This document shows, piece after piece, positions 18,228-28,955 of a stretch of 64,000 nucleotides of DNA. The stretch lies in NCBI GenBank assembly GCA_963805585.1, contig CAWDUR010000017.1, positions 103,818 to 167,817 on the forward strand. The letters run 5' to 3'. Origin of the DNA: an uncultured Chloroflexia bacterium (GTDB taxonomy: Bacteria; Chloroflexota; Limnocylindria; Limnocylindrales; CSP1-4). Within the stretch, counting starts at the first letter, position 1, and each line of letters starts with the position of its first letter. The notes under the pieces were generated by a model. It saw only the letters and a list, made by a program, of their open reading frames with translations, was not told the origin of the DNA and ran no database searches. The position numbers and the translations under genes are program-made.

Positions 18228-19220
18228 ATGGACGGGACGCTCATCAGCATCATCGTTCCACTGCTCCTGTTCTTCGTCATCGTGGCCATCGTGTTGTACC
18301 TGTCCGTGCGCGTCGTCAATCAGTACGAGCGCCTCGTCGTCTTCCGGCTCGGGAAGACGCGGCCCGCCCTCGTCAAGGAGCCTGGCCTGCGCTTCCTCAT
18401 CCCCGTCGTGGACCGACCCGTCAAGGTGGACGTGCGCGAAGACTTCGACGAGATCCCCAGCCAGACGAACATCACCAAGGACAACGCCCCCATCGACATC
18501 GACTTCCTCATCTATTTCCGCATCGTCGACCCGCTCGCCAGCGTCGTGAACATCTTCAATTTCCGATCAGCGCTGCGGGGCATCGCCACGACGACCCTTC
18601 GCGCGGTCATCGGCGACATGAACCTCGACGACGTGCTCTCCAAGCGCGACCAGATCAACGACGTCCTGCGCGCGCGCCTCGACGAGCAGACGGAGCGCTG
18701 GGGCGGCAAGGTCACCACGGTCGAGATCCGCGAGCTCATCCCGCCGCCCGGCGTCCAGGATTCGATGAACCGCATGCTGACCGCGGAGCGGACACGGCGC
18801 GCCGTCATCACCGAGTCCGAGGGCGAGCGCCAGTCGGCCATCAACGTCGCCGAGGGCGCCAAGCAATCCAACATCCTGCGGGCCGAGGGCGAGCGGCAGG
18901 CGGCCATCCTGCAGGCCGAGGGGTACAGCGAGGCCCTGAGACGCATCTTCTCGGCCGCCCGGGAGATCGACGACCGCACCATGGCCCTGCAGTACCTCGA
19001 TGCGCTCAAGCAGCTCGGCAGCACAGCGGCCACCAAGTACATCATCCCGCTCGAGCTGACCGACCTGGCCAGGCGCCTGGGGAACTTCCTCGACAGTGGA
19101 CTCGAATCCGGCCGGGACGTGCGTCTCGCCAAGGTCCCGGACGTGCCAGCGGACGCGCCGCCACCGAGCGAGCCGTCCGCCGCGGCCAAACCTGCCGCGT
19201 CCGCTCCCGACCAGGCCTGA
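18228..19220 (+). CDS. SPFH/Band 7 (stomatin-like) protein
   Basis: N-terminal TM, then VVNQYERLVVFRLGK...TKDNAPIDIDFLIYFRIVDP...RAEGERQAAILQAEG. Confidence 0.9.
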   Translation: MDGTLISIIVPLLLFFVIVAIVLYLSVRVVNQYERLVVFRLGKTRPALVKEPGLRFLIPVVDRPVKVDVREDFDEIPSQTNITKDNAPIDIDFLIYFRIVDPLASVVNIFNFRSALRGIATTTLRAVIGDMNLDDVLSKRDQINDVLRARLDEQTERWGGKVTTVEIRELIPPPGVQDSMNRMLTAERTRRAVITESEGERQSAINVAEGAKQSNILRAEGERQAAILQAEGYSEALRRIFSAAREIDDRTMALQYLDALKQLGSTAATKYIIPLELTDLARRLGNFLDSGLESGRDVRLAKVPDVPADAPPPSEPSAAAKPAASAPDQA

Positions 19221-19404
19221 GCGCAGCCTTCATCCGAGTCTCCCCATCGAGGGCGCAAGACTCCGTCGCTCCGCCGTGCCAAGGAGAGGCGCACATAGGG
19301 CCACCCACCCGCCAAGCGGACGGGTAGTCGTAGCCATGTGCCCGCGAATGATCGGGCAAGTGCCGACGAAGAGCGCATGAAGCGCCGCGACCCAGACTGG
19401 CGGC

Positions 19405-20970
19405 ATGCTCGCGATCCTGGACACAGCCGTCGTCAGCGGCCTGCGCGGCGAACTGGTGCGCGTCGAGGTGGACGTCGCGCCGGGCCTGCCGGGCTGCCAG
19501 ATCGTGGGCCTCCCTGACGCGTCGCTTTCGGAGGCACGCGAGCGCGTTCGCAGCGCCATCCGCAATATCGGCTTCGCCTACCCCCTGTCGCGTATCACCG
19601 TGAACCTGGCCCCGGCCGACCGGCGCAAGCACGGTGCCGCCTACGACGTGGCCATCGCTATCGGCATCCTGCTCGCTTCGGAGCAGATCCGCGCCTCCAG
19701 CGGATCCTGGGCGCTGCTTGGGGAACTCTCGCTTGACGGTGGCGTCATGCCCGTGGCCGGCGTCCTGCCCATGGTCGCGACCCTCAGGGATGCCGGGCAC
19801 CGTCGCGTCTGCGTGCCGCTTCGGAACCTCCAGGAGGCGGAGCTGGTGTCGGGTGTCGACGTCGTCGGTGCGGATGGCCTGGACGACGTGGCTCGCCTGG
19901 TGGCCGGACCGCGTGGCCGGTTGGCGGCGGCCGCGCGTCGCCGCGCTCCCATCCGTATCTCGGGAGGCGCCCCGGTCAGCCGGGTGGCCTCCAGCCAGGT
20001 CACGTCGCGAGAGCAGGGGAGCGGACCGGGCAGCTCAGCGTCCTGGACGGACCTGGCAGACGTGCGCGGTCAGCAGCACGCTCGCTGGGCCCTGGAAGTC
20101 GCCCTGGCCGGCCGACACAACCTGCTGCTCCTGGGCTCACCGGGCGCCGGGAAGACCTTGCTGGCGCGCGCGACGCCTGGCCTGCTGCCGCCCCTGACGG
20201 CGGGGGAGGCCCGCGATGTCGCCGTCATCCGCAGCGTGGCCGGCCTGGAGCCCACGGGGGGCGACTGGCTCGACCGGCCGTTCCTGGCTCCGCACCACAC
20301 GACGTCCTATGCCGCGCTCGTGGGGGGCGGCACGGCCCTGCGGCCAGGGCTGGTGACCCAGGCGCATCACGGCGTCCTCTTCCTCGACGAGCTCGCGGAG
20401 TTCGATCGCGACGTACTGGACGCGCTACGGCAACCGTTGGAGGACGGCACCGTGGAGATCGTGCGGGCCCATGGTTCGGTGCGCTACCCGGCTCGCCTGC
20501 AGCTCATCGCCGCCATGAATCCATGCCGCTGTGGCTGGTACGGCGATCCCGAGCGCGCCTGCCGATGTCCGGCACGGGATCCACAGCGCTACCTGCGTCG
20601 CGTCAGCGGACCGCTCCTGGATCGCATCGACCTGCGCGTGGTCATGCCGAGAGTGGATGCCCTGGAACTCGTCGCGGACGCACGACCTGAAGCGAGCGCC
20701 AGCGTGGCTGCGCGCATCCGCCATGCCTGGGAGCAGGCGATGGCACGAGGAGGCGGGCGACCCAACGGGACCCTCCGCGGCCGCCGCCTCCTGGAGGCCT
20801 GCGCCATGGATGCCGCAGCGCGGCGGACCCTGGCCGAGGTCTCCGAGGGCTTGGAGCTGACCGCCCGCGGCGTCCACCGTGTCCTTCGGGTGGCGCGCAC
20901 CATCGCTGACCTCAAGCGATCTCGGCGCGGTCGGCAGCACAGAGATCCTGGCGGCGGCATCGCTACGTGA
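19405..20970 (+). CDS. comM: YifB/ComM family Mg-chelatase-like AAA+ ATPase
   Basis: Lon-protease-like N-domain (ITVNLAPADRRKHGAAYDVAIA), LLLGSPGAGKTLLA, GVLFLDELAEF, and the CRCGWYGDPERACRC motif. Confidence 0.9.
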   Translation: MLAILDTAVVSGLRGELVRVEVDVAPGLPGCQIVGLPDASLSEARERVRSAIRNIGFAYPLSRITVNLAPADRRKHGAAYDVAIAIGILLASEQIRASSGSWALLGELSLDGGVMPVAGVLPMVATLRDAGHRRVCVPLRNLQEAELVSGVDVVGADGLDDVARLVAGPRGRLAAAARRRAPIRISGGAPVSRVASSQVTSREQGSGPGSSASWTDLADVRGQQHARWALEVALAGRHNLLLLGSPGAGKTLLARATPGLLPPLTAGEARDVAVIRSVAGLEPTGGDWLDRPFLAPHHTTSYAALVGGGTALRPGLVTQAHHGVLFLDELAEFDRDVLDALRQPLEDGTVEIVRAHGSVRYPARLQLIAAMNPCRCGWYGDPERACRCPARDPQRYLRRVSGPLLDRIDLRVVMPRVDALELVADARPEASASVAARIRHAWEQAMARGGGRPNGTLRGRRLLEACAMDAAARRTLAEVSEGLELTARGVHRVLRVARTIADLKRSRRGRQHRDPGGGIAT

Positions 20971-20997
20971 CCGGTCCCTGGAGACAGGAGTCGCGGC

Positions 20998-22186
20998 ATG
21001 ACCAGGCCGGGAGTGGTTGACGCCCGCGATGCCTGGATCGGGTTGGCCAGCACGCCGGGAGTGGGCGATGTCACGTTCGAGCGCCTGCTGGCTACCTGGG
21101 GTGATGCCATGACCGCACTCGAGGCCGTCGCACGGCTGGACCGCGGGCGCGCGGACCAAGAGCTGGCGGGTGCGATCGGGCTGCGCCGGAGAGCCGGGCT
21201 GGCCGCCGCCGTCCGCGCCACCGCCGCGGACCCTGGACGCCCGGAGCGGACCATGACGGCCCTCGGCGGCTGGGTGCTCACGCCACTGGACGGTGCCTGG
21301 CCGGCCGTGCTGCGCGAGTTGGAGGAACCGCCGCCCATCATCTTCGGGCTGGGAATCGCAGCTCAGCCTGGTAGCGCCACGCGCCGTGGCGGTCGTGGGC
21401 ACGCGGCATCCCACGGGCGTCGGTCGCAGCCTGGCCGTACGCATCGGCACCCGCCTCGCGCAGGCCGGCGTCACCGTCGTCTCCGGGCTGGCCATGGGCA
21501 TCGACGGTGCGGCTCATCGGGCTGCCCTGGAGGCCGGAGGCGAGAGTGTCGCCGTCGTGGGCGGCGGCCTGGACGAGCCGGGGCCTGTCGCCCACCGCCG
21601 CCTGGCCCGGCGCCTCGCCGCCCGCGGTGCCGTCATCAGCGAGCAGCCGCCCGGCGTGCGACCCACGGCCGGCACGTTCCCACGGCGCAATCGGATCGTC
21701 AGTGCCCTCGCGCAGGCCACCGTCGTGGTGGAGGCGCCGGCACGAAGCGGCGCCCTCATCACGGCCCGTCATGCCCTGGAACAGGGTCGTCTCCTGCTCG
21801 TGGCACCCGGCCGCCCCTTGGATCCAGCGGTCGCTGGCAACCTCACCCTGCTGCGCGACTCGCCTGCTCGACCGCTCACGGGCCTGGACGAGATGCTCGT
21901 GGACCTTGGCCTGGATGACAGCGTGGGTGGCCCCCGCTCGCCGAACGCCCCACTCTCGACTGCGACGGCTCTGCAGACTCTCGTGGGCCCTCAGCGCGCA
22001 GTGGCCGAGGCCCTCTGCCGTGGACCACAGACCGTGGACGCCCTGGCGCGCGCCAGCGACCAGCCACCCGGTGTCGTGGCGGCGGCGCTGACGCTCCTCC
22101 AGCTGCGCGGCTGGGCGACGTCGCTGGGGGTCCTCCAGCTGCCGGTGGGACCGTTGCTTGGACCAGACCGGCGGGTAGGGTCCTGA
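20998..22186 (+). pseudogene. dprA: DNA-processing protein DprA (Smf), frame broken near 21353
   Basis: The N frame ends ...LEEPPPIIFGL. The C frame (ORF 21293..22186) gives ESQLSLVAPRAVAVVGTRHPT, SGLAMGIDGAAHRAAL, FPRRNRIVS. There is one extra base in the ctgGGGaa region. Confidence 0.85.
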
Positions 22187-22261
22187 TCACGGGTGCGGCG
22201 TTGCCATGGCAGGCGGTCGGCAGGGCGGCCGACGAGGCCCAGGCCAGCGTACGATGGGACC

Positions 22262-22672
22262 ATGATCCGCAACGTCATCCTGCACCTTCACAACGATCTG
22301 CCCCTCAAGGCGGACATCGAGTCGCTGCCGACGGCAGCCGATGCCGGGCTCCTCTGCACCAACCTGCGCACCCTGGAGGGTCGCAAGCCATTGTCCACGG
22401 AGTTCCTCGACTCGGTCTTCCTCATCCCCTACAACGTCCTGCGCTTCATCGAGATCCCGCGCGCCTCCATCGACCAGGCTGGTCTGGGCATGGATCTGCC
22501 CATCAGACCCGCCCAGCTGCCAGCCGAGGCGAGCGGCGTCCTGGAGCATCCCTCGGTCATCATCACGCCGCCCCCGGGCGGTTCCGGCTCGGCCAAGGCG
22601 ACGCCGGAGGAGGAGGCCCTGGAGCATCTCGAGCCGGACGCCGAGCTGCTCCGCCGCATCCGCGAGGCATGA
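22262..22672 (+). CDS. hypothetical protein between dprA and topA
   Basis: 136 aa from ATG 22262 (MIRNVILHLHNDLPLKADIE...). High GC3. No recognisable motif. Confidence 0.5.
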   Translation: MIRNVILHLHNDLPLKADIESLPTAADAGLLCTNLRTLEGRKPLSTEFLDSVFLIPYNVLRFIEIPRASIDQAGLGMDLPIRPAQLPAEASGVLEHPSVIITPPPGGSGSAKATPEEEALEHLEPDAELLRRIREA

Positions 22673-22730
22673 GCCGGCCGGCTGCCGGAGAGGCTGGTGC
22701 GCCGAAGCACCGGTGCTACACTCGCCGGCC

Positions 22731-25187
22731 ATGACCAAGAACCTGGTGATCGTCGAGTCGCCCGCCAAGGCGCGGACGATCGAGCGATACCTGGGCGATG
22801 GCTACAAGGTGCTGGCCTCGTATGGGCACGTGCGCGACCTGCCGGAGAACCCCGGCAAAGGCAAGCTGGGCGTGGACGTGGATCATGACTTCGCGCCTCA
22901 GTACGTCGTCAGCGAGGACCGCCGAAAGCAGCTCAGGGACATCAGCCGCGCCGCTGCCTCGTCGGATCTGGTCTACCTGGCCACGGACCTTGACCGCGAA
23001 GGGGAGGCCATCGCCTGGCACATCGTCGAGGCCGTTGAGATCCCGGGTGACAAGACCCGGCGCGTCACGTTCAGCGAGATCACCAAGAGTGCCATCGACG
23101 CCGCGTTCGCCCAGCCGCGCGACATCGACATGGACCTCGTGGACGCTCAGCAGACCCGGCGCATCATGGACCGCCTGGTCGGCTACACGCTCAGCCCGCT
23201 GATCTCCCGGAAGGTCCGCAGCGGCCTCTCCGCCGGCCGCGTGCAGTCGGTGGCGGTCCGGCTGGTGGTGGAGCGTGAGCGCCAGATCGAGGCCTTCGTG
23301 GCGCGCGAGTACTGGACGCTGGAGGCGACCCTCCGCAGCGCACGTCTCGAGCCCTTCACGGCCAGCCTCGTGCGCGTCGATGGGACCGCGGTCGCTCGAA
23401 GCGGGGAGATCGGTCGCCGGGAGGTAGCCATCCCGGACGAAGCCACGGCCAACACGTACGTGGAGGAGTTGCGCGGTCAGCGCGCCGTCGTGAGCTCGCA
23501 GAGCGTGCGCAGCAGCAAGCGCAACCCTGCGCCACCGTTCACCACCAGCACCCTGCAACAGGAGGCCAGCCGCAAGCTGGGTTTCGGCCCCCGCCGCACG
23601 ATGTCCGTGGCCCAGCGACTCTATGAGGGCATCGTCATCGATGGTGAGCCGACCGGCCTCATCACCTACATGCGCACCGATTCGGTGAACATCGCCACGT
23701 CGGCCCAGCACGAGGCCCACGACGTCATCGCGGAACGTTTCGGCCCCGAATACGCGGTCAAGGGTGGGCGGGGCTACCGCAATCGAGCCAAGGGCGCCCA
23801 GGAGGCCCACGAGGCCATCCGCCCCGCGAGCTTCCTGCGCGACCCCGATTCGCTCAAAGGGCGCATCAAGGAAGAAGAGCTGCGGCTCTACCGGCTCATC
23901 TGGCAGCGCGCGCTGGCCTCGCAGATGGCGCCCAAGCAGCTCGAAACCACCACGGCGGAGCTAGAGGCCGGGCGCTTCGGACTGCGCGCCAGCGCCACCC
24001 GCACGGTCTTCGAGGGATTCGCTCGCGTGTACACGGAGGGACGTGACGACGGCACCGATGACGAGACGGAAGGTCGCCTGCCTGACCTCGCGGAGGGGGA
24101 CGCCGCCCAGGTCGAGGACGTCGCCGCCGACCAGCACTTCACCGAACCCCCGCCGCGCTTCACCGAGGCCACGCTCATCAAGGCTCTCGAGGAGCACGGC
24201 ATCGGCCGCCCATCCACGTACGCAGCCACCATCTCGACCATCCAGGATCGCGGCTACGTCCGGGTGGAGGACCGACGCCTGCGGCCGGAGGTCGTGGCCG
24301 GCATCGTCACGGACGTGCTCGTGGAGCACTTCGGCGACTACGTGGACGTGGCCTTCACGGCTCGCATGGAGGAAGAGCTCGATGAGGTGGCACGCGGCGA
24401 GCGTGAATGGGTGCCGCTGCTGCGCGAGTTCTACGATCCCCTGAAGGCCCTCGTGGACGAGAAGCGCCGCGAGCTGCGCCGGCGCGACCTCACCACGGAG
24501 GAGACCGACCAGGTCTGCAGTGAAGGCCACCCCATGGTCATTCGGCTGGGTCGCAACGGGCGCTTCCTGGCCTGCTCTCTCTACCCCGAGCACAAGGAAT
24601 CCAGACCTATCCCGGGCGAGGAGGAGGAGCTGCCAGCGGTGGAAGGCGTGGGACAGGCGTGTCCCACGTGCGGTGAGGGCAGCCTGGTCGCCCGGCGTGG
24701 GCGCTTCGGCGTCTTCGCGGGCTGCTCACGCTATCCCGACTGCGACTACATCCATCGCACCGGGCCGCCACCCCCGCCCCCCCTGCCGTTCGAGGTCCAG
24801 TGTCCGACCTGCGGCCAGGGCACACTGACAGCCCGCCGTGCACGCCGCACCGGCAACGTCTTCTACGGCTGCTCGCGCTATCCAGCCTGCGACTTCACCA
24901 CCAACCTGGAACCGCTCGGGGCGATTCACGACGCCGACGCGGGCGCCGTGGCGCTCAAGGATGAGAGCGGTCTATGTCTGCGCTGCGGAGCGAGCGTGGA
25001 CCTGCCGACCGACCGCGCAGGGCTGCCTGGCCGCCAGCTGCCCGGTGGGCCACCTGATCCGGGGGCGCTCGCGCCGGCGCGCAAGCGCCGGGCGACCAGT
25101 CGCGGCAACTCCCGCAGCCCACGCACCGCGGGCCGGGCAGCGAAGGGACGCGGCTCCAAGGCCGCACCGGGCTCGCACCCGGCTTGA
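22731..25187 (+). CDS. topA: DNA topoisomerase I with C-terminal zinc-ribbon repeats and basic tail
   Basis: TOPRIM LVIVESPAKARTIERYLG, catalytic Tyr region GLITYMRTDS, and Zn ribbons CPTCGEGSL...CSRYPDCDY and CPTCGQGTL...CSRYPACDF. Confidence 0.95.
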   Translation: MTKNLVIVESPAKARTIERYLGDGYKVLASYGHVRDLPENPGKGKLGVDVDHDFAPQYVVSEDRRKQLRDISRAAASSDLVYLATDLDREGEAIAWHIVEAVEIPGDKTRRVTFSEITKSAIDAAFAQPRDIDMDLVDAQQTRRIMDRLVGYTLSPLISRKVRSGLSAGRVQSVAVRLVVERERQIEAFVAREYWTLEATLRSARLEPFTASLVRVDGTAVARSGEIGRREVAIPDEATANTYVEELRGQRAVVSSQSVRSSKRNPAPPFTTSTLQQEASRKLGFGPRRTMSVAQRLYEGIVIDGEPTGLITYMRTDSVNIATSAQHEAHDVIAERFGPEYAVKGGRGYRNRAKGAQEAHEAIRPASFLRDPDSLKGRIKEEELRLYRLIWQRALASQMAPKQLETTTAELEAGRFGLRASATRTVFEGFARVYTEGRDDGTDDETEGRLPDLAEGDAAQVEDVAADQHFTEPPPRFTEATLIKALEEHGIGRPSTYAATISTIQDRGYVRVEDRRLRPEVVAGIVTDVLVEHFGDYVDVAFTARMEEELDEVARGEREWVPLLREFYDPLKALVDEKRRELRRRDLTTEETDQVCSEGHPMVIRLGRNGRFLACSLYPEHKESRPIPGEEEELPAVEGVGQACPTCGEGSLVARRGRFGVFAGCSRYPDCDYIHRTGPPPPPPLPFEVQCPTCGQGTLTARRARRTGNVFYGCSRYPACDFTTNLEPLGAIHDADAGAVALKDESGLCLRCGASVDLPTDRAGLPGRQLPGGPPDPGALAPARKRRATSRGNSRSPRTAGRAAKGRGSKAAPGSHPA

Positions 25188-25212
25188 TGACCGAGCATCC
25201 GGTCCAGAAGCG

Positions 25213-26232
25213 ATGACCGCTGCGGGGGAGGAGCCGGACGGACAGGAGGCCACAGCGGCGTTCCTCGCTGCGCTGGAGGCGCGCGATGCATCGGTCCACA
25301 CACGGCGAGCCTACGGCACCGCGCTCGGACAGTACTTCGACTGGCTGGCGGGTGTCACGGGCGTGACCTGGCAGCGTCCGCCGCGTCGTACCTTGCGCGC
25401 CTACCTCGCGGAGCTGGACGGGCGGGGCCTGGCACGCTCGACCATCGCCAGCCGCATCGCCGCGCTCCGTTCCTTCTACCGGTTCGCCCGACGGCAGGGA
25501 TGGGTCAGCGGCGACCCATGGTCGGCCATCGTGACGCCCCGCCGATCGTCCCGACTGCCCCGGGTGCTGGAGATAGCGGACGTCGAGCAACTCCTCGACG
25601 TGGTTCCCGGATCCGCCGGCCATGCCGTGGGCATCCCGTGGCTTGACGATGTCGCGGCGGCCATGGAGCTGCGCGACCGAGCCATCGTGGAGGTCACGTA
25701 TGCGGCCGGCCTTCGCATCAGCGAGGTGGCTGCCGCTCGACTGACGGACGTGGATGTGGACCGAGGCGAGATCCGCGTCCTGGGCAAGGGCCGCAAGGAG
25801 CGCATGGGCATGCTGGGCGGGCCGGCGCGGGACGCGCTGGAGGCCTACCTGCGCCATGGACGTCCGGTCCTCGCGGTGGCTGCCGGGGGTGATGGCTCGG
25901 ACGCCCTCTTCCTGGGTACACGCGGTCGCGCCCTCGGGGTCCGCGGCGTGCGCATGCGTATCGACCGCCTCGTCCGTCGCGCCGGGCTGCCCGAGCGGAC
26001 CACGCCGCACACGCTGCGCCACTCCTTCGCGTCGCACATGCTCGAAGGGGGAGCCGATCTGCGCGTCGTCCAGGAGCTGCTTGGCCATGCCAGCCTCGCC
26101 ACGACCCAGGTCTACACGCACGTCAGTCCGGGCCGGCTGCGCTCCAGCTATCGGGCCGCACATCCCCGGGCCATCTCGGCCTCGCCGCCCGCCGGGCCGG
26201 ACAGCCATGACCCGCCTGAGCCATCGTCGTGA
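25213..26232 (+). CDS. tyrosine recombinase, XerC/XerD family
   Basis: SAM-like N-domain (RSTIASRIAALRSFYRF). Catalytic region GLRISE, HTLRHSFASHML, LGHASLATTQVYTHV. Confidence 0.9.
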   Translation: MTAAGEEPDGQEATAAFLAALEARDASVHTRRAYGTALGQYFDWLAGVTGVTWQRPPRRTLRAYLAELDGRGLARSTIASRIAALRSFYRFARRQGWVSGDPWSAIVTPRRSSRLPRVLEIADVEQLLDVVPGSAGHAVGIPWLDDVAAAMELRDRAIVEVTYAAGLRISEVAAARLTDVDVDRGEIRVLGKGRKERMGMLGGPARDALEAYLRHGRPVLAVAAGGDGSDALFLGTRGRALGVRGVRMRIDRLVRRAGLPERTTPHTLRHSFASHMLEGGADLRVVQELLGHASLATTQVYTHVSPGRLRSSYRAAHPRAISASPPAGPDSHDPPEPSS

Positions 26233-27780
26233 GCCGCAATGCGCTGGCCCGGGCGGGGCTCATCGTCACGCTGGCCTTCCTGGCCTCGCGCATGCTGGGC
26301 TGGCTGCGCGTCGTCGTGCTCGGCAACCTCTATGGCGCGACCGCGGAGCTAGATGCCTACTACGCGGCCTTCCGTATCCCGGATCTTGTCTTCCAGCTGG
26401 TGGCGGCAGGTGCCATCGCCTCTGCCCTGGTGCCGGTCCTGGCTGGCCTGACGGCCCACGGGGAGCGTGAGCGTGCCTGGCGCGTCGCCTCCACCGTCCT
26501 CAACCTCATGCTCGGTGCGCTGCTGGTGCTGGCCGCCCTCCTGGCCGTCTTCGCTCCCGCCCTGGTGCCCTTACTCGTGCCTGGCTTCGATGCCGAGACC
26601 ACACAGCTCACGGTGGAGCTGACTCGCCTCATGCTGATCTCCCCGGTCCTCCTGGCGGCTGGCGCCATCGTCTCGGCCATCCTCAACACGGAGGATCGCT
26701 TCGGCGCGGCGGCCCTGGCGCCGGTCGCCTACAACCTCGGCATCATCACGTGCGCCGTGCTCCTGGCGCCTTGGCTGGGTGTGTTCGCGGCCGCCATCGG
26801 TGTCGTCGTCGGCTCCGGTGCTCACCTGATCGTCCAGGTGCCGGCCCTGCGCGGGCGCTTCCGTTACACGCCACGGGCGGACGTCGGCGACGAGGCCGCC
26901 CGGCAGGCCTTCTGGCTGATGCTGCCGCGGGCCGTGGGCATGGGCGCCAACCAGATCACGTTCCTCGTCAACACCGCTCTCGCCAGCACGCTGGCCGTGG
27001 GTGCGGTGGTGGCCTACAACGTGGCCTTCAACGTGCTGCAGATCCCGCTCGGGGTCATCGGCCTGCCGCTCGGCATCGTCCTGCTGCCGACGCTCTCTCG
27101 CGCCCTCGCCAGCGGTGAGGAGACGACCTTCGGGCGGACCGTGGTCAGTGCGCTGCGGATGCTGCTGTGGGCCATGCTGCTCGTCTCGGCGGTGGGCATC
27201 GTGACGCGCGACCAGGTCACGGAGCTGCTCTTTGGCTGGGGCTTCGACGAGACCGCCCTGGAGGCCACGGCCATGACCCTCGGGGTCTTCATGCTGGGCT
27301 TGCCGGCGCACGCGCTCAACATCATCCTTGCCCGCGCCTTCTACAGTGGCAAGGACACCATCACCCCCGTGAGCGTGGCCATCGCCTCGGTCGGGGTCAA
27401 TGTCCTCGTCTCGCTCGCGACGGTCGATCGACTCGGCCTCCAAGGCCTCGCGCTTGGGCATCGCGGTCGGTGCCTGGTTCGAGGCGGTGAGCCTGACGCT
27501 GCTGCTGGCGCGGCGCCATGCGTCGGTGCGGGCGGCCCCGGTCGTGCGGGTCGGGATCAGCTCACTGGTCGGGTCCCTCGCGGCCGGGCTCGTGGCCGCC
27601 GCCGTCCTCGCCGTCCTGCCCGTTCCTGGTGACACCGGTCGAGTCATCACCCTTAGCCTGGAGCTGTTGCTGGCGTCCGCTGCGGCACTGACGGTCTACC
27701 TGGCATACAGCCGGCTCCTGCGCCTGCCGGAGCTGCCGCGAACGATCGGGCTGCTGCGCGCGGCGCTGCGCCCCGGTTGA
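26229..27780 (+). pseudogene. murJ: lipid II flippase MurJ, frame broken near 27456
   Basis: LASRMLGWLRVVVLGNLYGATAELDAYYAAFRIPDLVF, about 12 TM segments. The N frame ends ...LGLQGLAL. It continues in ORF 27400..27780 as GIAVGAWFEAVSLTLLLARR. There is an extra G in cttGGGc. The GTG start overlaps the xer stop (GTGA). Confidence 0.85.
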
Positions 27781-27804
27781 TCAAGGCGACCCGGAGGTGA
27801 CGGC

Positions 27805-28899
27805 ATGACAGGCAGCGGCGCGGACCCCTCCAGCCATCCGGCCGCCCCGCGGCTCGTCGTCGCGGACGAGTCCCGGGCTCCGCAGGGCTGGGACGAACGA
27901 GCTGTCCGCGTCACCGGCGGACACGTCATGCAGTCGGCGGCCTGGGCGGCTTACCGCCAAAGTGTTGGCCACGAGCCGCGTTTCCTGACCTTCGACGACG
28001 GTCGGGTGGCCCTGGCCACGTTGCGGGCGACGAGCGGCCTGCCTGGCACCCAGGTTACCGTGCGCCGTGGACCCGCCCACCTGGACGAGGTGGCCGCCCT
28101 CGCCGTCTCGAGGGCCTGCGCTCTCGCCGACTGGGCACGTGGCCAGGGCGCGCGCGACCTCTTCCTCGACCCGGAGCGCCCGGCTGACCGCGCCTGGGAT
28201 GCAGGCATGGACGCCGCCGGCTTTCGGCTGGATGCGGGTCTGGAACCGTCCATCCACGTGATGCGCCTCGACTTCCCGCCCGGCATCGACGAGCCCGGGC
28301 TCTTCGCGGGACTCTCCAAGTCCACTCGCCAGCGAGTGCGGGCGGCCGAGCGCGGAGGGACCCGCGTCGTGGACGACCTGGCTGGCGAGCGGCTCGAGGA
28401 GTTCGTGGTGCTCATGCGCGAGCGCGCCGCTGCCCTGGGCATCCCGTTGCGCTCGGACAGCGACTACCTGCGGGGCTGGCGCGCCCTGCTCGGGGCTGGC
28501 CTGGCACGGCTCCTGCTGGCCCGTCACGACGGCGTCCTGGTCGGTGGGCTATTCCTCTTCCGACAGGGCGGCATCCACGCCACCGCCTATTCGGCCGACC
28601 ATGCCGCCTCTCGCGACGCGTTGCCGGGCACGATGCACCTGCTGCGCTGGATCGCCATCCGCGATGCCCTCGCGGAGGGCGCCTCGGCCATCGAGCTAGG
28701 GGGCGTGGACCTGCCCGGCCAGCGCCGTCCGCCGCAGGCTGGTGAGCCCGGACACGGACTCTACGAGCACAAGCGCGGCTTCGGGGCAGTCTGGGTCGAG
28801 CGGGCGCCTCCGCGCCGGATCGTCCTGCGCCCAGCCGCGGAGCGCCTGGCCCGCGGCCGGCGCCGCCTCGTCGACGCCCTGCGCAGGGTGGGAAGATAG
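27805..28899 (+). CDS. FemAB-family peptidoglycan bridge-forming aminoacyltransferase (copy 1)
   Basis: 364 aa: GGHVMQSAAWAAYRQ, two GNAT-like halves, GGIHATAYSADHAAS...HLLRWIAIRDA, YEHKRGFGA. GGAGGTG SD. Confidence 0.75.
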   Translation: MTGSGADPSSHPAAPRLVVADESRAPQGWDERAVRVTGGHVMQSAAWAAYRQSVGHEPRFLTFDDGRVALATLRATSGLPGTQVTVRRGPAHLDEVAALAVSRACALADWARGQGARDLFLDPERPADRAWDAGMDAAGFRLDAGLEPSIHVMRLDFPPGIDEPGLFAGLSKSTRQRVRAAERGGTRVVDDLAGERLEEFVVLMRERAAALGIPLRSDSDYLRGWRALLGAGLARLLLARHDGVLVGGLFLFRQGGIHATAYSADHAASRDALPGTMHLLRWIAIRDALAEGASAIELGGVDLPGQRRPPQAGEPGHGLYEHKRGFGAVWVERAPPRRIVLRPAAERLARGRRRLVDALRRVGR

Positions 28900-28955
28900 C
28901 CGCGCAGGCTCCGCTCGGGGCCACATCGACGATCAGCCAGCAGGAGGCCGGAGGC